DNA of 64,000 nt from an uncultured Rhodobacterales bacterium (GCA_964472855.1 CAYYMJ010000003.1:26933-90932), one strand, 5' to 3'. Positions 24,361-35,871 are shown, counted from the first letter of the stretch. Numbers and translations: made by a program. Notes: a model not told the origin generated them from the sequence alone.

Positions 24361-26736
24361 TCACGCTGGGTAGTTGCCCTTGACGCGGTCCTTGCCGGGA
24401 TCGAAATGCGGGAAGGGCACCACGCGCGCCCTGAGCCGTTTTTGTTGCCCGTCGAGTTGCCCGATCTCGATGGCGGTGCCGGGGGCGGCGCAGGTCACGG
24501 CGACCCGACCAAGCGCGATGACCTTGCCGAGGATCGGGGATTTCATGGCCGAGGTGACCTCGCCCACCTGGGCCTTGCCGACGCGGATACAGTCGCCGGG
24601 GCTGGGGACGAGGCCGCTTTCGATCTCGATCCCGACCAGTTTGCGGTGCGGGTGGGCCTTGCGGTGTTCGAGCGCGGCGCGGCCGATGAAGGGGTCGGTC
24701 TTGGATTTGAGCGGCACGGTAAAGCCGATGCCGGCCTCCATCGGGTCGGTCTGGTCGTCGAACTCGGAGCCCGCGAAGATAAGCCCGGCCTCGATACGGA
24801 TCATGTCGAGCGCGGACAGCCCGAGGGGCAGCATGCCTTTTGGTGCGCCTGCGGCCCAGACCTTGTCGAATATTTCCACGGCGTCGCGCGGGTGGCAGAA
24901 GATTTCGTACCCAAGCTCGCCCGAATAGCCGGTGCGGCTGATCACCACCGACGTGCCTGAATAGTCGCCGACCCGGGCCACGGTCAGGCGGAACCACGCC
25001 AATTCGTCGATGGTGGGCTGGGGCGGCGGGGTCCAGAAGATTTCGGACAGGATTTCGCGCGACAGCGGGCCCTGGACGGCGATGTTGTGCAAGTGATCGG
25101 TCGAGTTCCGCACCCAGGCGTTGAGCCCGCGTTCCTGCGCCTGCTGGCGCAGCCACAGGCCGCTGGTGTCGTTGCCGCCGATCCAGCGGAAATTGGTGTC
25201 GCCGAGGCGATAGACGGTGCCGTCGTCGATCATGCCGCCATGGTCGTAGCACATGGCGGTATAGACCACCTGGCCCACCGCCAGCTTTTTCATGTTGCGG
25301 GTGACGCAAAGCTGCAGCAGGGCCTCGGCATCGGGGCCGGTCACTTCGTATTTGCGCAGGGGTGACAGGTCCATCACCGCGGCCTTTTCGCGGCAGGCCC
25401 AGTATTCGGCGATGGCGCCGTGGCTGGTCATCTGGTTGGGCAGCCAATAGCCGTTGTATTCGACAAAGTCGCGGGTGTGCCGGGCGAAGCAATCATGAAA
25501 CCCGGTTTTCCTGGTGTCTTCCACGTCTGCCTCCGCAGATTTTCTGTAGCCGATGGAGCGCTGGAAATCCTGTTGCGCGCCATAGGTGCGCACCTGGATG
25601 TCCGTGGGGTTCCAGGCGTTGGCCGGATCGATGTCGCAGGGACAGGCGGTCGAGATGCACACAAGGTCGGTCAGGGCCCTGAGCAGCACGAAATCGCCGG
25701 GGCGGGACCAGTTGTCGTCCATTCCCAGCGCGTTGGTGTCGTCCAGCATGGTGTTGAAAAAGAAGTTGATGGCCGGCCAGCCGGCGCGGGGCCGGATATC
25801 CCACTGGGCCAGTTCGACGTTCATGTTGTCGGAACAGTTCACGTGCCCGGGATAGCCGAGGTCTTCGTAATAGCGCGCCGTGCAGGCCAGCCCGAAGGTG
25901 TCGTGGCGCCCGCAGGTGTCTTGCACGATCTCGATCAGGGGGTCCTGGTCCACCGACCAGTATTTCGAGAAGATGCCCGGCTGGGGATACAGTGTCCCCA
26001 TCAGGCTGCGCGTGGTGGTCGGGTCGATGTTACGTTCAAGGCCACGGTCAAGATCGCGCAGGGAAAAGGCCTGGAAATCCGAACATTCGCGGCCCTGAAT
26101 GTCCATCACCTGGACATATTCGCCGGCCCGCACCTGGTAGGCAAAGGCCTGGCCGGGCTGGATATTGTGGTCAAGCAGCGGGTCGGCCAGCGGGTCGGCG
26201 GGGCCGGTTCCGGGCCGGGCGGCGGCCGGGTTGGCGCGCCGGACATACAGGATCAGCCCGGTCGGGGCATTCTGCGCCTCGGGGCGCATGGGTTCGCCCG
26301 GTGCGGCGACGATGACAAGCCCGTCGCAGTCGGCGGCAAAACGGGCCTGATCGCCGGCTTTCGAGCCTTCGGCGAAAACCGCGATGCCGTCGCCGGTTTC
26401 GATGTCGAAGCCGGCCGCCGCCAGCGCCCTGAGAACCCGCGCCCCCGACAGCCGGCCGCTGGCCAGCGTCTCGATCGTGCGGGCCGGCCGGCCGTGGCCG
26501 CGGGCGCCCAGCATCGCGGCGTCCGAGCTGCGGTCGGGCGCGAAGAACACCAGTTCGCCGGGTTGCAGGCCCTCGCGGTCGAGCACGATGATCTCGTCAC
26601 CTTTGTCGATACGCACCGCCCGCGATCCGCCGCCGGGCACCGGGTGGCGTTCGACGCCCGGCGGCAGGATCGGCAGGCCCGGCGCGATGACGCCCGAGCG
26701 TTCCCAGGGAACCTCGAATACCGGTTGGATGGTCAT
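24361..26736 (-). CDS. tdm: Trimethylamine-N-oxide demethylase-type protein (DUF1989-like N-terminal domain fused to GcvT-like folate-binding aminomethyltransferase domain)
   Basis: 791-aa ORF. The N-terminal half looks DUF1989-like (GEYVQVMDIQGRECSDFQAF). The C-terminal half is GcvT-family (AAVMDLSPLRKYEVTGPDAEALLQ...GYSGELGYEIF). The architecture and the position next to tmoV/tmm match published Tdm. The start overlaps the tmoV stop (TGATG). Confidence 0.8.
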   Translation of the reverse strand: MTIQPVFEVPWERSGVIAPGLPILPPGVERHPVPGGGSRAVRIDKGDEIIVLDREGLQPGELVFFAPDRSSDAAMLGARGHGRPARTIETLASGRLSGARVLRALAAAGFDIETGDGIAVFAEGSKAGDQARFAADCDGLVIVAAPGEPMRPEAQNAPTGLILYVRRANPAAARPGTGPADPLADPLLDHNIQPGQAFAYQVRAGEYVQVMDIQGRECSDFQAFSLRDLDRGLERNIDPTTTRSLMGTLYPQPGIFSKYWSVDQDPLIEIVQDTCGRHDTFGLACTARYYEDLGYPGHVNCSDNMNVELAQWDIRPRAGWPAINFFFNTMLDDTNALGMDDNWSRPGDFVLLRALTDLVCISTACPCDIDPANAWNPTDIQVRTYGAQQDFQRSIGYRKSAEADVEDTRKTGFHDCFARHTRDFVEYNGYWLPNQMTSHGAIAEYWACREKAAVMDLSPLRKYEVTGPDAEALLQLCVTRNMKKLAVGQVVYTAMCYDHGGMIDDGTVYRLGDTNFRWIGGNDTSGLWLRQQAQERGLNAWVRNSTDHLHNIAVQGPLSREILSEIFWTPPPQPTIDELAWFRLTVARVGDYSGTSVVISRTGYSGELGYEIFCHPRDAVEIFDKVWAAGAPKGMLPLGLSALDMIRIEAGLIFAGSEFDDQTDPMEAGIGFTVPLKSKTDPFIGRAALEHRKAHPHRKLVGIEIESGLVPSPGDCIRVGKAQVGEVTSAMKSPILGKVIALGRVAVTCAAPGTAIEIGQLDGQQKRLRARVVPFPHFDPGKDRVKGNYPA

Positions 26737-29021
26737 CAGCTCAGGCCCAGCGCCTGACGCCGCCGCTCGGCCCAGGCGTTGGTTGCGATGTCGAAGGTCA
26801 GCGCCATGAAGACCACCGAGAAGCCAAGGACGAAATTCTTGCCCAGAAGCGTGCCGGCCATGGTGCGCTGCAATTCCTGCCCAAGGTCGCGGGTGCCGAT
26901 GAACGCGGCGATGATGACCATGAAGAAGGCGAACATCAGCGCCTGGTTCAGGCCCACCGCGATGATCGGCATGGCCAGCGGCAGTTGCACCTTGAACAGC
27001 TTTTGCATGCGGGTGGCGCCCGACATTTCGGCCGCCTCGACCATCTCGGGCGGCACTGCCCTGAGCCCCTCCATCGTATAGCGAACCACCGGCACCATGG
27101 TGTAGATCAGGATCGACAGGATCACCGTGGTCGAGGTGATGCCGAACAGCATGATCGCCGGCAGCAGGTAGATAAAGCTGGGGAAGGTCTGGGCCGTGTC
27201 GACGACCACCATCATCACCCGGTCACGCGACATGTTGCGCACTCCCAGCCACAACAGCGCGAAGGCCACGCCATACACGTACAGCGACGGGCTGCGCGGG
27301 CTGAGAAACGCGGCAGCGCCTTCGGTAGCCGTGCCGTAATGGATGACCCCCGACAGGATAAGCGCGCCAACCGCGATGGGAATGCGCCTGAAGATCAGGC
27401 CGATGATGCCAATTGCCAGTTCGTCGAAATCATTGCGCAGGCTCATCCTTGGCGCGTCGCCACGGCTGACCCATATCCCCAGCGGAATGCCCAGAACCAG
27501 GCTGAGCAGCACCGCGATCAGCGTGGAATGCATGGTCAGCATGGCGCGGTCCCACCAGCCAAACTCGGCAACGATGGCGAAAAAGATCAGCGAGATGATG
27601 GCCGGTCGGCGGCCACCAAGGCGGAAACAGGCGGCGGTGATCAGGGCCATCACCGCCAGCGTCGGCAGATAGACCAGAAAACGCTCGGTCGGCAGCAGGA
27701 CATACAGGTTCAGCGTGACCCGGATCGCCCCGGTCACCGCCTTGACGCCGTCCAGGCCCAGCCAGTGTTTCATGCCGCTGTCGATGGGTTTGCCCATCGA
27801 CCAGTCCTGCGATCGGTGCACCTCGCCCAGAACCGAAAACGTGTATTGCCCGATATTCTTGACCCAGGCCGCAGCGTGGCCGATGGCGCCGCCTTCATAT
27901 TCGAAATCGCCCAGCTTGTAGTGCGGGGCCAGATCCGACAGGCGGCCAACGATCACGAAGACCACGAACAGGCCCAGCGTCGACAACAGCGGCAGGTTGC
28001 GCTTCCACCATGGGGTGCCACGCTCGAAATGCACCGGCTGTTTCAGCACCCACGCCTTGGTCAGCCGGTCCAGCACCACTGCGACCAGCACGATGGTGAT
28101 GCCGATCTCGAGGCTGCGGCCCAGCTTGAAGCTGTTCATCATCGCCAGCAGCTTGGCGCCAAGGCCCGGCATGCCGATGAAGGCGGTCAGCACGACCATG
28201 GCAAGGCTGAGCATGATGACCTGGTTCAGGCCCACCAGAATCTCGGTTCGGGCCGAGGGGATATAGACATGGCGCAGCATCTGCCAGCGCGAGCAACCGG
28301 CCATCTTCCCGGCTTCGACCACCTCGGGCGGAACCTTTTTCAGGCCGATATTGGTCAGCAGGACCATGGGTGGCAGCGCATACATGATGGTGGCCACGGC
28401 GGCGGCGGTGGGGCCGACCTTGAAAAAGATGACCGCCGGCAGAAGGTAGGACAGGAAAGGCAGGGTTTGCAGCACGGCCAGCGCCGGGCGCACCACGCGT
28501 TCGAACCGCTTCCACTTCCAGGCCGCGATACCGGCCAGCAGGCCCAGCGTGAAACTGACGGGCGCGGCGACGACGATGACGCTCATCATCTCCATCGTCC
28601 ATTTCCACTGGCCCATCATGGCGGCGTAGACGCAGGTTCCGGCCGCCAGAAGCGCCAGACGCCAGCCGCCCAGGTGATAGCCGATCATGCCGGCCACAGC
28701 GGCGACGGCCGACCACGGGATCGCCTCGAACCGCGGCCAGCGCGATTTGCCGTAAAGCAGGTTGGCGGCCGCATTGATGAGAAAGCCCAGCCAGTCGGCG
28801 ATTGTGCGGGTCACCTCCATCAAGCCCAGATCGTTCTGAAGCCAGGAAAAGATCGCGTCGATCCAGGGTTCCCACGGCAGGACGGCGGCTTCGGGCAGCC
28901 GGATCAGCCAGTCGGGCAGGAACGGGCGCAGAAGCAGCAGCAGTGCCGCAAAGCCCAGCAGGCCCCAGGTAATCTGGCGGTGACGCCGGGCCAGGCCCTC
29001 GATGGCGGCGGTGTCGCTCAC
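26736..29021 (-). CDS. tmoV: ABC transporter permease, fused double-module (glycine betaine/choline family; TMAO transporter TmoV-type)
   Basis: 761-aa very hydrophobic ORF with two permease modules. It overlaps both neighbours by 1-4 nt. The gene order tmm-tmoX-tmoW-tmoV-tdm matches the marine TMAO uptake system as I recall it. Confidence 0.75.
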   Translation of the reverse strand: MSDTAAIEGLARRHRQITWGLLGFAALLLLLRPFLPDWLIRLPEAAVLPWEPWIDAIFSWLQNDLGLMEVTRTIADWLGFLINAAANLLYGKSRWPRFEAIPWSAVAAVAGMIGYHLGGWRLALLAAGTCVYAAMMGQWKWTMEMMSVIVVAAPVSFTLGLLAGIAAWKWKRFERVVRPALAVLQTLPFLSYLLPAVIFFKVGPTAAAVATIMYALPPMVLLTNIGLKKVPPEVVEAGKMAGCSRWQMLRHVYIPSARTEILVGLNQVIMLSLAMVVLTAFIGMPGLGAKLLAMMNSFKLGRSLEIGITIVLVAVVLDRLTKAWVLKQPVHFERGTPWWKRNLPLLSTLGLFVVFVIVGRLSDLAPHYKLGDFEYEGGAIGHAAAWVKNIGQYTFSVLGEVHRSQDWSMGKPIDSGMKHWLGLDGVKAVTGAIRVTLNLYVLLPTERFLVYLPTLAVMALITAACFRLGGRRPAIISLIFFAIVAEFGWWDRAMLTMHSTLIAVLLSLVLGIPLGIWVSRGDAPRMSLRNDFDELAIGIIGLIFRRIPIAVGALILSGVIHYGTATEGAAAFLSPRSPSLYVYGVAFALLWLGVRNMSRDRVMMVVVDTAQTFPSFIYLLPAIMLFGITSTTVILSILIYTMVPVVRYTMEGLRAVPPEMVEAAEMSGATRMQKLFKVQLPLAMPIIAVGLNQALMFAFFMVIIAAFIGTRDLGQELQRTMAGTLLGKNFVLGFSVVFMALTFDIATNAWAERRRQALGLS

Positions 29022-30034
29022 TTTGCTGACCCCAGCAGGACGTCCAGCGCCGCCTGACGCGGCATGGCGCCGATGACCTTGCCGTCACGGGCAACCGGAA
29101 TGGCCGCCGCGTCGCCTTCGATGACCCGGCGGGCCAGCGACAGAACCGTTGCGTCGGCCTCGACCGGTTCGCCTTCGCCGGCCAGCCCGTCCTGGACCAG
29201 GACTTCGGCATGCACGACGCGCGACTTCTCGATCTCTTCGGTGAATTTTGCGACATATTCGGTCGCCGGGTTCAGCACGATCTTGTCCGGCGTGTCGCAT
29301 TGCTCGACAGCGCCATCCTTCATGATGGCGATACGGTCAGCCAGGCGCAACGCCTCGTCGAAGTCGTGGGTAATGAAGACAATGGTCTTGCCCAGCATCG
29401 CTTGCAGACGCAGGAATTCGTCCTGCATTTCGCGGCGGATCAGCGGGTCGAGCGCGGAAAATGGCTCGTCCAGAAACCAGATGTCGGGCTCGATCGCCAG
29501 CGAGCGGGCGATACCGACACGCTGCTGCTGGCCGCCGGACAATTCGCGCGGGAAATAGTCCTCGCGCCCCTCAAGCCCCACCAGCCGGATAACCTCTAAC
29601 GCGCGGGCGCGCCGGTCGTGGCGGTCCTGCCCGCGCATTTCCAGCGGGAAGGCCACGTTCTGCAACACCGTGCGGTGCGGCAGCAGGCCAAACGACTGGA
29701 ACACCATGCCCATTTTCGACCGACGCAGCGCGATCAGTTCCTTTTCGGACAAGGACATGACGTCTTGCCCGTCGACCTCGATCGTGCCGCCGGTGATGTC
29801 GTGAAGCCGGGAAAAGCAGCGCACAAGCGTTGACTTGCCCGACCCGGAAAGTCCCATGATCACAAGTATTTCGCCGGTATGCACCTCAAGAGAGACGTCC
29901 TTGACCCCGGCGATATAGCCGTCGGCGCGGATCTGATCGAACGAATGCCCCTGTGGCATCCGGTCGAGATAGGCGCGCGGATCGGCGCCAAAAATCTTCC
30001 ACACGTTGCGGGCGGAAATCACCGGCGAGGTCAT
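29018..30034 (-). CDS. tmoW: ABC transporter ATP-binding protein (ProV/OpuAA-like with C-terminal CBS-like region; TmoW-type)
   Basis: Start moved to ATG 30034 (MTSPVISARNVWKIFG), preceded by GGGAGA. Walker A GLSGSGKST, signature LSGGQQQRV, Walker B IWFLDEPFSALD. Confidence 0.8.
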   Translation of the reverse strand: MTSPVISARNVWKIFGADPRAYLDRMPQGHSFDQIRADGYIAGVKDVSLEVHTGEILVIMGLSGSGKSTLVRCFSRLHDITGGTIEVDGQDVMSLSEKELIALRRSKMGMVFQSFGLLPHRTVLQNVAFPLEMRGQDRHDRRARALEVIRLVGLEGREDYFPRELSGGQQQRVGIARSLAIEPDIWFLDEPFSALDPLIRREMQDEFLRLQAMLGKTIVFITHDFDEALRLADRIAIMKDGAVEQCDTPDKIVLNPATEYVAKFTEEIEKSRVVHAEVLVQDGLAGEGEPVEADATVLSLARRVIEGDAAAIPVARDGKVIGAMPRQAALDVLLGSAK

Positions 30035-30116
30035 GTTATCTCCCTTGTCACCCTTGCAGTGATGCTGCCCCGAAAACATCCTTCGGGGCAGCACATCTTG
30101 TCAACCAGACCGGGTA

Positions 30117-31121
<1,005 letters not shown>

Positions 31122-31170
31122 TCACCTTGTTTGCCGACGCCCGCTTGTGCGGGATGCCGGCCGATTTCGC

Positions 31171-32514
31171 CTAGATATCGAGATAGCTCTCCAGGCTGTC
31201 GTCCAGCGCATCCTTCCATTTGGTATGGTGCGGTGGTGCCTTGGTTCCGGTCATCGGGCTGACATAGCCGTTGTCGCGGAACGTCATGATGTTGCTTTTC
31301 TTGTGCTTCTTCCATTCGTAAAAGGCCTGACAGGCAGCCTTGACGTCGAAGCTGGGGTAATCGGTGTCGTCGATCAGCTCTTGCGTATAGTCGCCCTGAT
31401 AATCGATGCAGCCATAGTCATCGGCCAGCGCGGCCTCGGCATCCTTGCGGGCCTGCACATCGGCCTCGCGCGCCGCCAGATCGGGCACGGCGATACGGCC
31501 CATGATGACGTCGCGCACATACCAGGCCTGCGCGTCGAACATGTTGAAGGTGAACCACTGGTCCTGCATGGCAAGGTAAAACAGGTCCGGATTGCGGTTC
31601 CAGACCACGCCCTTGTACAAATCGTCCGACGCCAGCACGTTGGCCGTTTTCAGCCGCAAATCGTCGGGCAGGAACGGGAAGTGATGCTTGTAGCCGGTGC
31701 ACAGGATGATCGCGTCGACCTGTCTGGATGAGCCGTCGGTGAAATGGGCCGTCTTGCCCGCGACACGCTCGAGCCGTGGCTTGACCTCCCAGTTGTCTGG
31801 CCACGAATAGGGCATGGGCGCGGTGCGATAGCAGTTGGTGATGGATCTGGCGCCGTATTTCCAGCACTGCGACCCGATGTCCTCGGCCGAATAGGACGTG
31901 CCCATGATCAGCAGGTCCTGGCCTTCGAATTCGCGGGCGTCGCGAAAGTCGTGGGCGTGCAGGATGCGGCCGTTGAAGCTGTCAAAGCCGGGATACTCGG
32001 GCACGTTGGGAACCGAGAAATGCCCCGAGGCCACGATCACCTGATCGAAATGCTCGGTCGTCTCGCTGTCGCGGGCCTCGTCCCGTGCGGTCAGGGTAAA
32101 GCCGCCGCCTTCGGCGGCACGCACGTCGCGCACGATGGTGTCAAAGCGGATCTGGTCGCGCACCCCGGCCTTTTCGACCCGCCCCTTGATGTAATCCCAC
32201 AGCACAGCGCGCGGCGGGTACGAGGCGATGTTGCGGCCGAAATGTTCCTCGAAGGTATAGTCGGCAAACTCCAGCCCCTCTTTGGGGCCATTCGACCACA
32301 AATAGCGATACATCGACCCGTGGCACTGGTTGCCATGCTCGTCGACACCGGTGCGCCAGGTGTAGTTCCACAGACCGCCCCAATCGCCCTGTTTCTCGAA
32401 ACACACGACCTGCGGCACGTCGGCGCCCTTGGCGGCGGCCGACTGGAAGGCCCGCAACTGTGCCAGCCCCGAAGGCCCGGCCCCGATGATCGCTACGCGT
32501 CGGCTCATGGTCAT
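31171..32514 (-). CDS. tmm: Trimethylamine monooxygenase (bacterial flavin-containing monooxygenase)
   Basis: 447-aa ORF. FAD motif [15 protein letters not shown] motif [16 protein letters not shown] motif [12 protein letters not shown]. Size and sequence are typical of marine Tmm. Confidence 0.85.
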   Translation of the reverse strand: MTMSRRVAIIGAGPSGLAQLRAFQSAAAKGADVPQVVCFEKQGDWGGLWNYTWRTGVDEHGNQCHGSMYRYLWSNGPKEGLEFADYTFEEHFGRNIASYPPRAVLWDYIKGRVEKAGVRDQIRFDTIVRDVRAAEGGGFTLTARDEARDSETTEHFDQVIVASGHFSVPNVPEYPGFDSFNGRILHAHDFRDAREFEGQDLLIMGTSYSAEDIGSQCWKYGARSITNCYRTAPMPYSWPDNWEVKPRLERVAGKTAHFTDGSSRQVDAIILCTGYKHHFPFLPDDLRLKTANVLASDDLYKGVVWNRNPDLFYLAMQDQWFTFNMFDAQAWYVRDVIMGRIAVPDLAAREADVQARKDAEAALADDYGCIDYQGDYTQELIDDTDYPSFDVKAACQAFYEWKKHKKSNIMTFRDNGYVSPMTGTKAPPHHTKWKDALDDSLESYLDI

Positions 32515-32569
32515 TCTCCTTCAACGATCGGCGGGGCGGACAAGGTGGCCCCGTTTTGCACGCCCCGCG

Positions 32570-33169
32570 TCATCGGCGCGGTCCCACGATGTCGGGGCTC
32601 GACCCGGACGCGGCCCAGTCGGGTTCGAACCCCAGAACCTCGGTTCCGGCGGGAATGGCGGGGTTGAACAGGCGGTTGTGGGCCAGCGTGGCGCGGTGAA
32701 GCGGATTGTGCGGCGCCAGTCGCCAGACCTTGCAGGCCAGGTCGAACCGCTGCGCGTAGGCTTCGAATACCAACGTCACACGCCCGGCGGCATGCAGTTG
32801 CGCCGCCCCGGCCGAGCCCGGCGGAAAGGTCGCCGTCAGGATATCCGAGAAATCGCGGTGCTTCTGGTAATAGCTGGCCGACAGGAACCGCAGCGCCGTT
32901 TCGCGCACCTGCGCGGGGTCGTTGGTCTTGCGGAACATATGCTCAAGCTCGGGCAGGTCGCTGTGACCGGGCACCTTGTTGAGGATGGTGATGACATGGC
33001 CCATGGGCTGGGGCTGGCCCGGCAGCGTCACCGCCGGCGTCACCGCATCAGACGGGCGGCCATCGTGATCACGCAGCATCATCAGCCGGGCATGGCACTG
33101 CCATTTCAGAAAGCCGTCGCGCAGCGGGTGGTGCGCATGGCTTGCGCCCAAGGTCGCCGCGACGCTCAT
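32570..33169 (-). CDS. Hypothetical protein (199 aa), embedded in the methylated-amine operon
   Basis: The start overlaps the upstream C-N hydrolase stop in an ATGA (33166-33169). Non-repetitive, balanced composition unlike the Arg/Gly/Pro-rich antisense frames. No family recognised. Confidence 0.65.
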   Translation of the reverse strand: MSVAATLGASHAHHPLRDGFLKWQCHARLMMLRDHDGRPSDAVTPAVTLPGQPQPMGHVITILNKVPGHSDLPELEHMFRKTNDPAQVRETALRFLSASYYQKHRDFSDILTATFPPGSAGAAQLHAAGRVTLVFEAYAQRFDLACKVWRLAPHNPLHRATLAHNRLFNPAIPAGTEVLGFEPDWAASGSSPDIVGPRR

Positions 33170-34014
33170 GCCACGTCCCTTTGCGTGCCGTCCGCCGCCC
33201 GATAGGCGCGGTCATGGTCCAGCGAGGGGATGCGGGCGCGCGCAGCGTCGGCATCGTCAAGGTCGATGCGCGCCTGCACCACGCCCGGCAGGTCGCCGCC
33301 GTCGGCAATGACATCGCCCCAGGGCCCGACGATCAGGCTGTGACCATAGCATTCACCGCCGCCGGGCACGGCGCCGACCGCGCAGGCACTGACCATGAAG
33401 GCGCCATTCTCGATGGCCCGCGCCCGGTTCAGAACATGCCAGTGCGCGGCACCGGTGGTCTTGGTAAAGGCCGCCGGGGCGGTCAGGATATTGGCGCCCG
33501 ACTGTGCCAGCGCGCGGAACAGATGCGGAAACCGCAGGTCATAGCAGATGGTATGGCCGATCACCGCGTCGCCAGCCCGATGCGTGACCGCAACCCGCCC
33601 CGGGCTGACGGTGGCGCTTTCGCAATAGCTCTGGGATGCCGAAAGCCTGATGTCGAACAGGTGGATCTTGTCATAGCGCCCGGTGATGTTGCCCGATGGG
33701 TCGATCATCAGGCCCCGGTTCAAAAGCTTGCCCTCGGGCCCCGGGACCGCGACCGACCCGACCATGACCGCCACGCCGTGGCCGGCGGCAAGGTCGCGCA
33801 GAGCGGCAACGACCGGATGGGCGTTTTCGGGCGCGGCCGGCGGAACCAGCCGCGCGCCATCGGACCGCAGGCCACCGCAATATTCGGGCAGGAACAGCAT
33901 CTTTGCCCCCGCCTGAACGGCGGCCGTGGCCAATGGTATCGCCTCGCCGATCGCGGTTGCGAAATCGGGCATCGGCCTTGTCTGAAGGCAAGCGATATCC
34001 AGTAGCCGTGCCAT
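33166..34014 (-). CDS. Carbon-nitrogen hydrolase (nitrilase superfamily; omega-amidase/Nit-like)
   Basis: 282-aa ORF with LFLPEY (Glu), RYDKIHLF (Lys) and ICYDLRFP (Cys) catalytic-triad contexts typical of C-N hydrolases. Confidence 0.85.
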   Translation of the reverse strand: MARLLDIACLQTRPMPDFATAIGEAIPLATAAVQAGAKMLFLPEYCGGLRSDGARLVPPAAPENAHPVVAALRDLAAGHGVAVMVGSVAVPGPEGKLLNRGLMIDPSGNITGRYDKIHLFDIRLSASQSYCESATVSPGRVAVTHRAGDAVIGHTICYDLRFPHLFRALAQSGANILTAPAAFTKTTGAAHWHVLNRARAIENGAFMVSACAVGAVPGGGECYGHSLIVGPWGDVIADGGDLPGVVQARIDLDDADAARARIPSLDHDRAYRAADGTQRDVA

Positions 34015-34427
34015 CAGAACTTCATGTAGGCCTTTCTGAGGGTCGCCAGCGGGTGCCTGTCGGACATCTGGAACTTGATCAGCAACTCGCGCGCGATCAT
34101 GTCGCGGTCTTGCTGGTTGTCCGGCAAGGCGATGCTGTCGGGGATACGCACCCAGCCATTGTTGTTGCGATCGAAGACGGCGGGCCGGCTTTCTTCATAG
34201 CCCATGTGAACGTCTTCCAGCCAATTCAGATCGTTCCAGCCCATGACCTCCATGTATTTGGCCAGGAAAGGCGTGATGCGCGCGTAATCGGGCACAAGGT
34301 TGACGTCATAGCGATAGCCGATGTGCTGGCCGATTTCCTTTTCACGTTCCGACGCCAGCCCGTCGGCATCGTTGATGAACTGGTCGACATCCGTGATTTC
34401 AGAGCCGCGATACTGTTTTCCAGCCAT
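34014..34427 (-). CDS. Hypothetical protein (137 aa), embedded in the methylated-amine operon
   Basis: Its stop shares one base with the C-N hydrolase start (TGATG at 34016-34012). It starts 13 nt downstream of the mgsC stop. Soluble, Trp/Asp-rich; no family recognised. Confidence 0.65.
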   Translation of the reverse strand: MAGKQYRGSEITDVDQFINDADGLASEREKEIGQHIGYRYDVNLVPDYARITPFLAKYMEVMGWNDLNWLEDVHMGYEESRPAVFDRNNNGWVRIPDSIALPDNQQDRDMIARELLIKFQMSDRHPLATLRKAYMKF

Positions 34428-34439
34428 GTCCAGTGCTCC

Positions 34440-35801
34440 TTACAGGTGGTGGTAGTCTTCGACGCCGACGGTATGGCTGGTGCCTGCCAACGGAACGCCG
34501 GCCATGGCCGAGGCTTCCATCGTCAGGGCCGCCAGATCCTCGGGTTCGAGGCTGTGCAGATGCGTCTTGCCGCAGGCTCGGGCGAAAAGCTGGGCCTCGA
34601 TCGTCAGCGTGTGCAGGAAGTTATAGACCCGCTCGGCCGCTTCGTCGGGGTCAAGCCGCGCGCGCAGCACCGGGTCCTGCGTTGCCACGCCGACCGGGCA
34701 GCGCCCGGTGTGGCAGTTATAGCAATGGCCCGGTTCGGCCCCGATTTCTTCGGGATAGTTGGCCTCGGGGATGTCCTTGTTGCAGTTCAGCGCCATCATC
34801 ATCGAATGGCCCAGCGCGATGGCGTCGGCCCCAAGCGCGATCGCCTTGGCCACGTCGGCGCCGTTGCGGATACCGCCGGCATAGACAAGGCTGACTTCGC
34901 CGCGCTTGCCCAGGTCGTCGATGGCCTTGCGGGCCTGACGAATGGCCGCCATGCCGGGAACGCCGGTTTCTTCGGTGGCAAGGTGCGGACCGGCGCCGGT
35001 CGACCCTTCCATCCCGTCGATATAGATCGAGTCGGGATCGCATTTCACCGCCATGCGCACATCGTCATAGACCCGCGCCGCGCCCAGTTTCAGCTGAATC
35101 GGGATCTGCCAGTCGGTGGCCTCGCGGATCTCCTGGATCTTCAGCGCCAGATCGTCGGGGCCCAGCCAGTCGGGGTGACGGGCCGGCGACCGCTGGTCGA
35201 TGCCGGCGGGCAGACTGCGCATCTCGGCAACCTGGTCGGTGACCTTCTGGCCCATCAGGTGCCCGCCAAGCCCGACCTTGCAGCCCTGACCGATGAAAAA
35301 CTCGCAACCGTCAGCCAGCACCAGGTGGTTGGGGTTGAAGCCATAGCGCGACTGGATGCACTGATAGAACCATTTCGAGCTGAAGCGACGTTCGTCCGGG
35401 ATCATGCCGCCTTCGCCCGAACAGGTGGCGGTGCCGGCCATGGTGGCGCCACGGGCCAGCGCGGTCTTGGCCTCGTAGCTGAGCGCGCCAAAGCTCATGC
35501 CGGTGACATAGACCGGGATGTCCAGTTCCAGCGGGCGCTTGGCCCGGGGGCCGATCACGGTCTTGGTTTCGCATTTCTCGCGATAACCCTCGATGACAAA
35601 GCGGGTCAGCGTGCCGGGCAGGAACGTCAGATCGTCCCAGTGCGGGATTTTCTTGAACAGCGAAAAGCCACGCATCCGGTAACGGCCAAGTTCAGACTTG
35701 ATATGGATGTCGTCGATGACGCGGGGCGGGAAAATGAAGCTGTCGCCGATGCGGTTCACATCGCGGTCCAGCGGTTTCTTGATTGGGCTTCCGTCAGCCA
35801 T
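34440..35801 (-). CDS. mgsC: FMN-binding glutamate-synthase-like subunit (GltB domain 2 / GlxD-like); N-methylglutamate synthase subunit C by context
   Basis: 453-aa ORF with TCSGEGGMIPDE, IQLKLGAARVYDD and IYIDGMEGSTGAGP blocks of glutamate synthase FMN domains. Confidence 0.8.
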   Translation of the reverse strand: MADGSPIKKPLDRDVNRIGDSFIFPPRVIDDIHIKSELGRYRMRGFSLFKKIPHWDDLTFLPGTLTRFVIEGYREKCETKTVIGPRAKRPLELDIPVYVTGMSFGALSYEAKTALARGATMAGTATCSGEGGMIPDERRFSSKWFYQCIQSRYGFNPNHLVLADGCEFFIGQGCKVGLGGHLMGQKVTDQVAEMRSLPAGIDQRSPARHPDWLGPDDLALKIQEIREATDWQIPIQLKLGAARVYDDVRMAVKCDPDSIYIDGMEGSTGAGPHLATEETGVPGMAAIRQARKAIDDLGKRGEVSLVYAGGIRNGADVAKAIALGADAIALGHSMMMALNCNKDIPEANYPEEIGAEPGHCYNCHTGRCPVGVATQDPVLRARLDPDEAAERVYNFLHTLTIEAQLFARACGKTHLHSLEPEDLAALTMEASAMAGVPLAGTSHTVGVEDYHHL

Positions 35802-35871
35802 GTCGTTCTCCTTGCGGGGATGAGTGAAACCACCCCTCCTGCGCGTGCGCAGAACGGGCGTTCGCGCCCAT

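Noticed and set aside
26985-29057. 690-aa plus-strand ORF. Similar long ORFs occur at 33903-35948 (+), 37688-39304 (+), 59923-61977 (-), 7468-8958 (+), 45913-47016 (-) and 25420-26757 (+)
   Set aside because: All lie antisense to genes with strong family motifs (tmoV, mgsC, GS-like, sugar ABC genes, GT2, mgdC, tdm). All have Arg/Gly/His/Asp/Pro-dominated composition without motifs.
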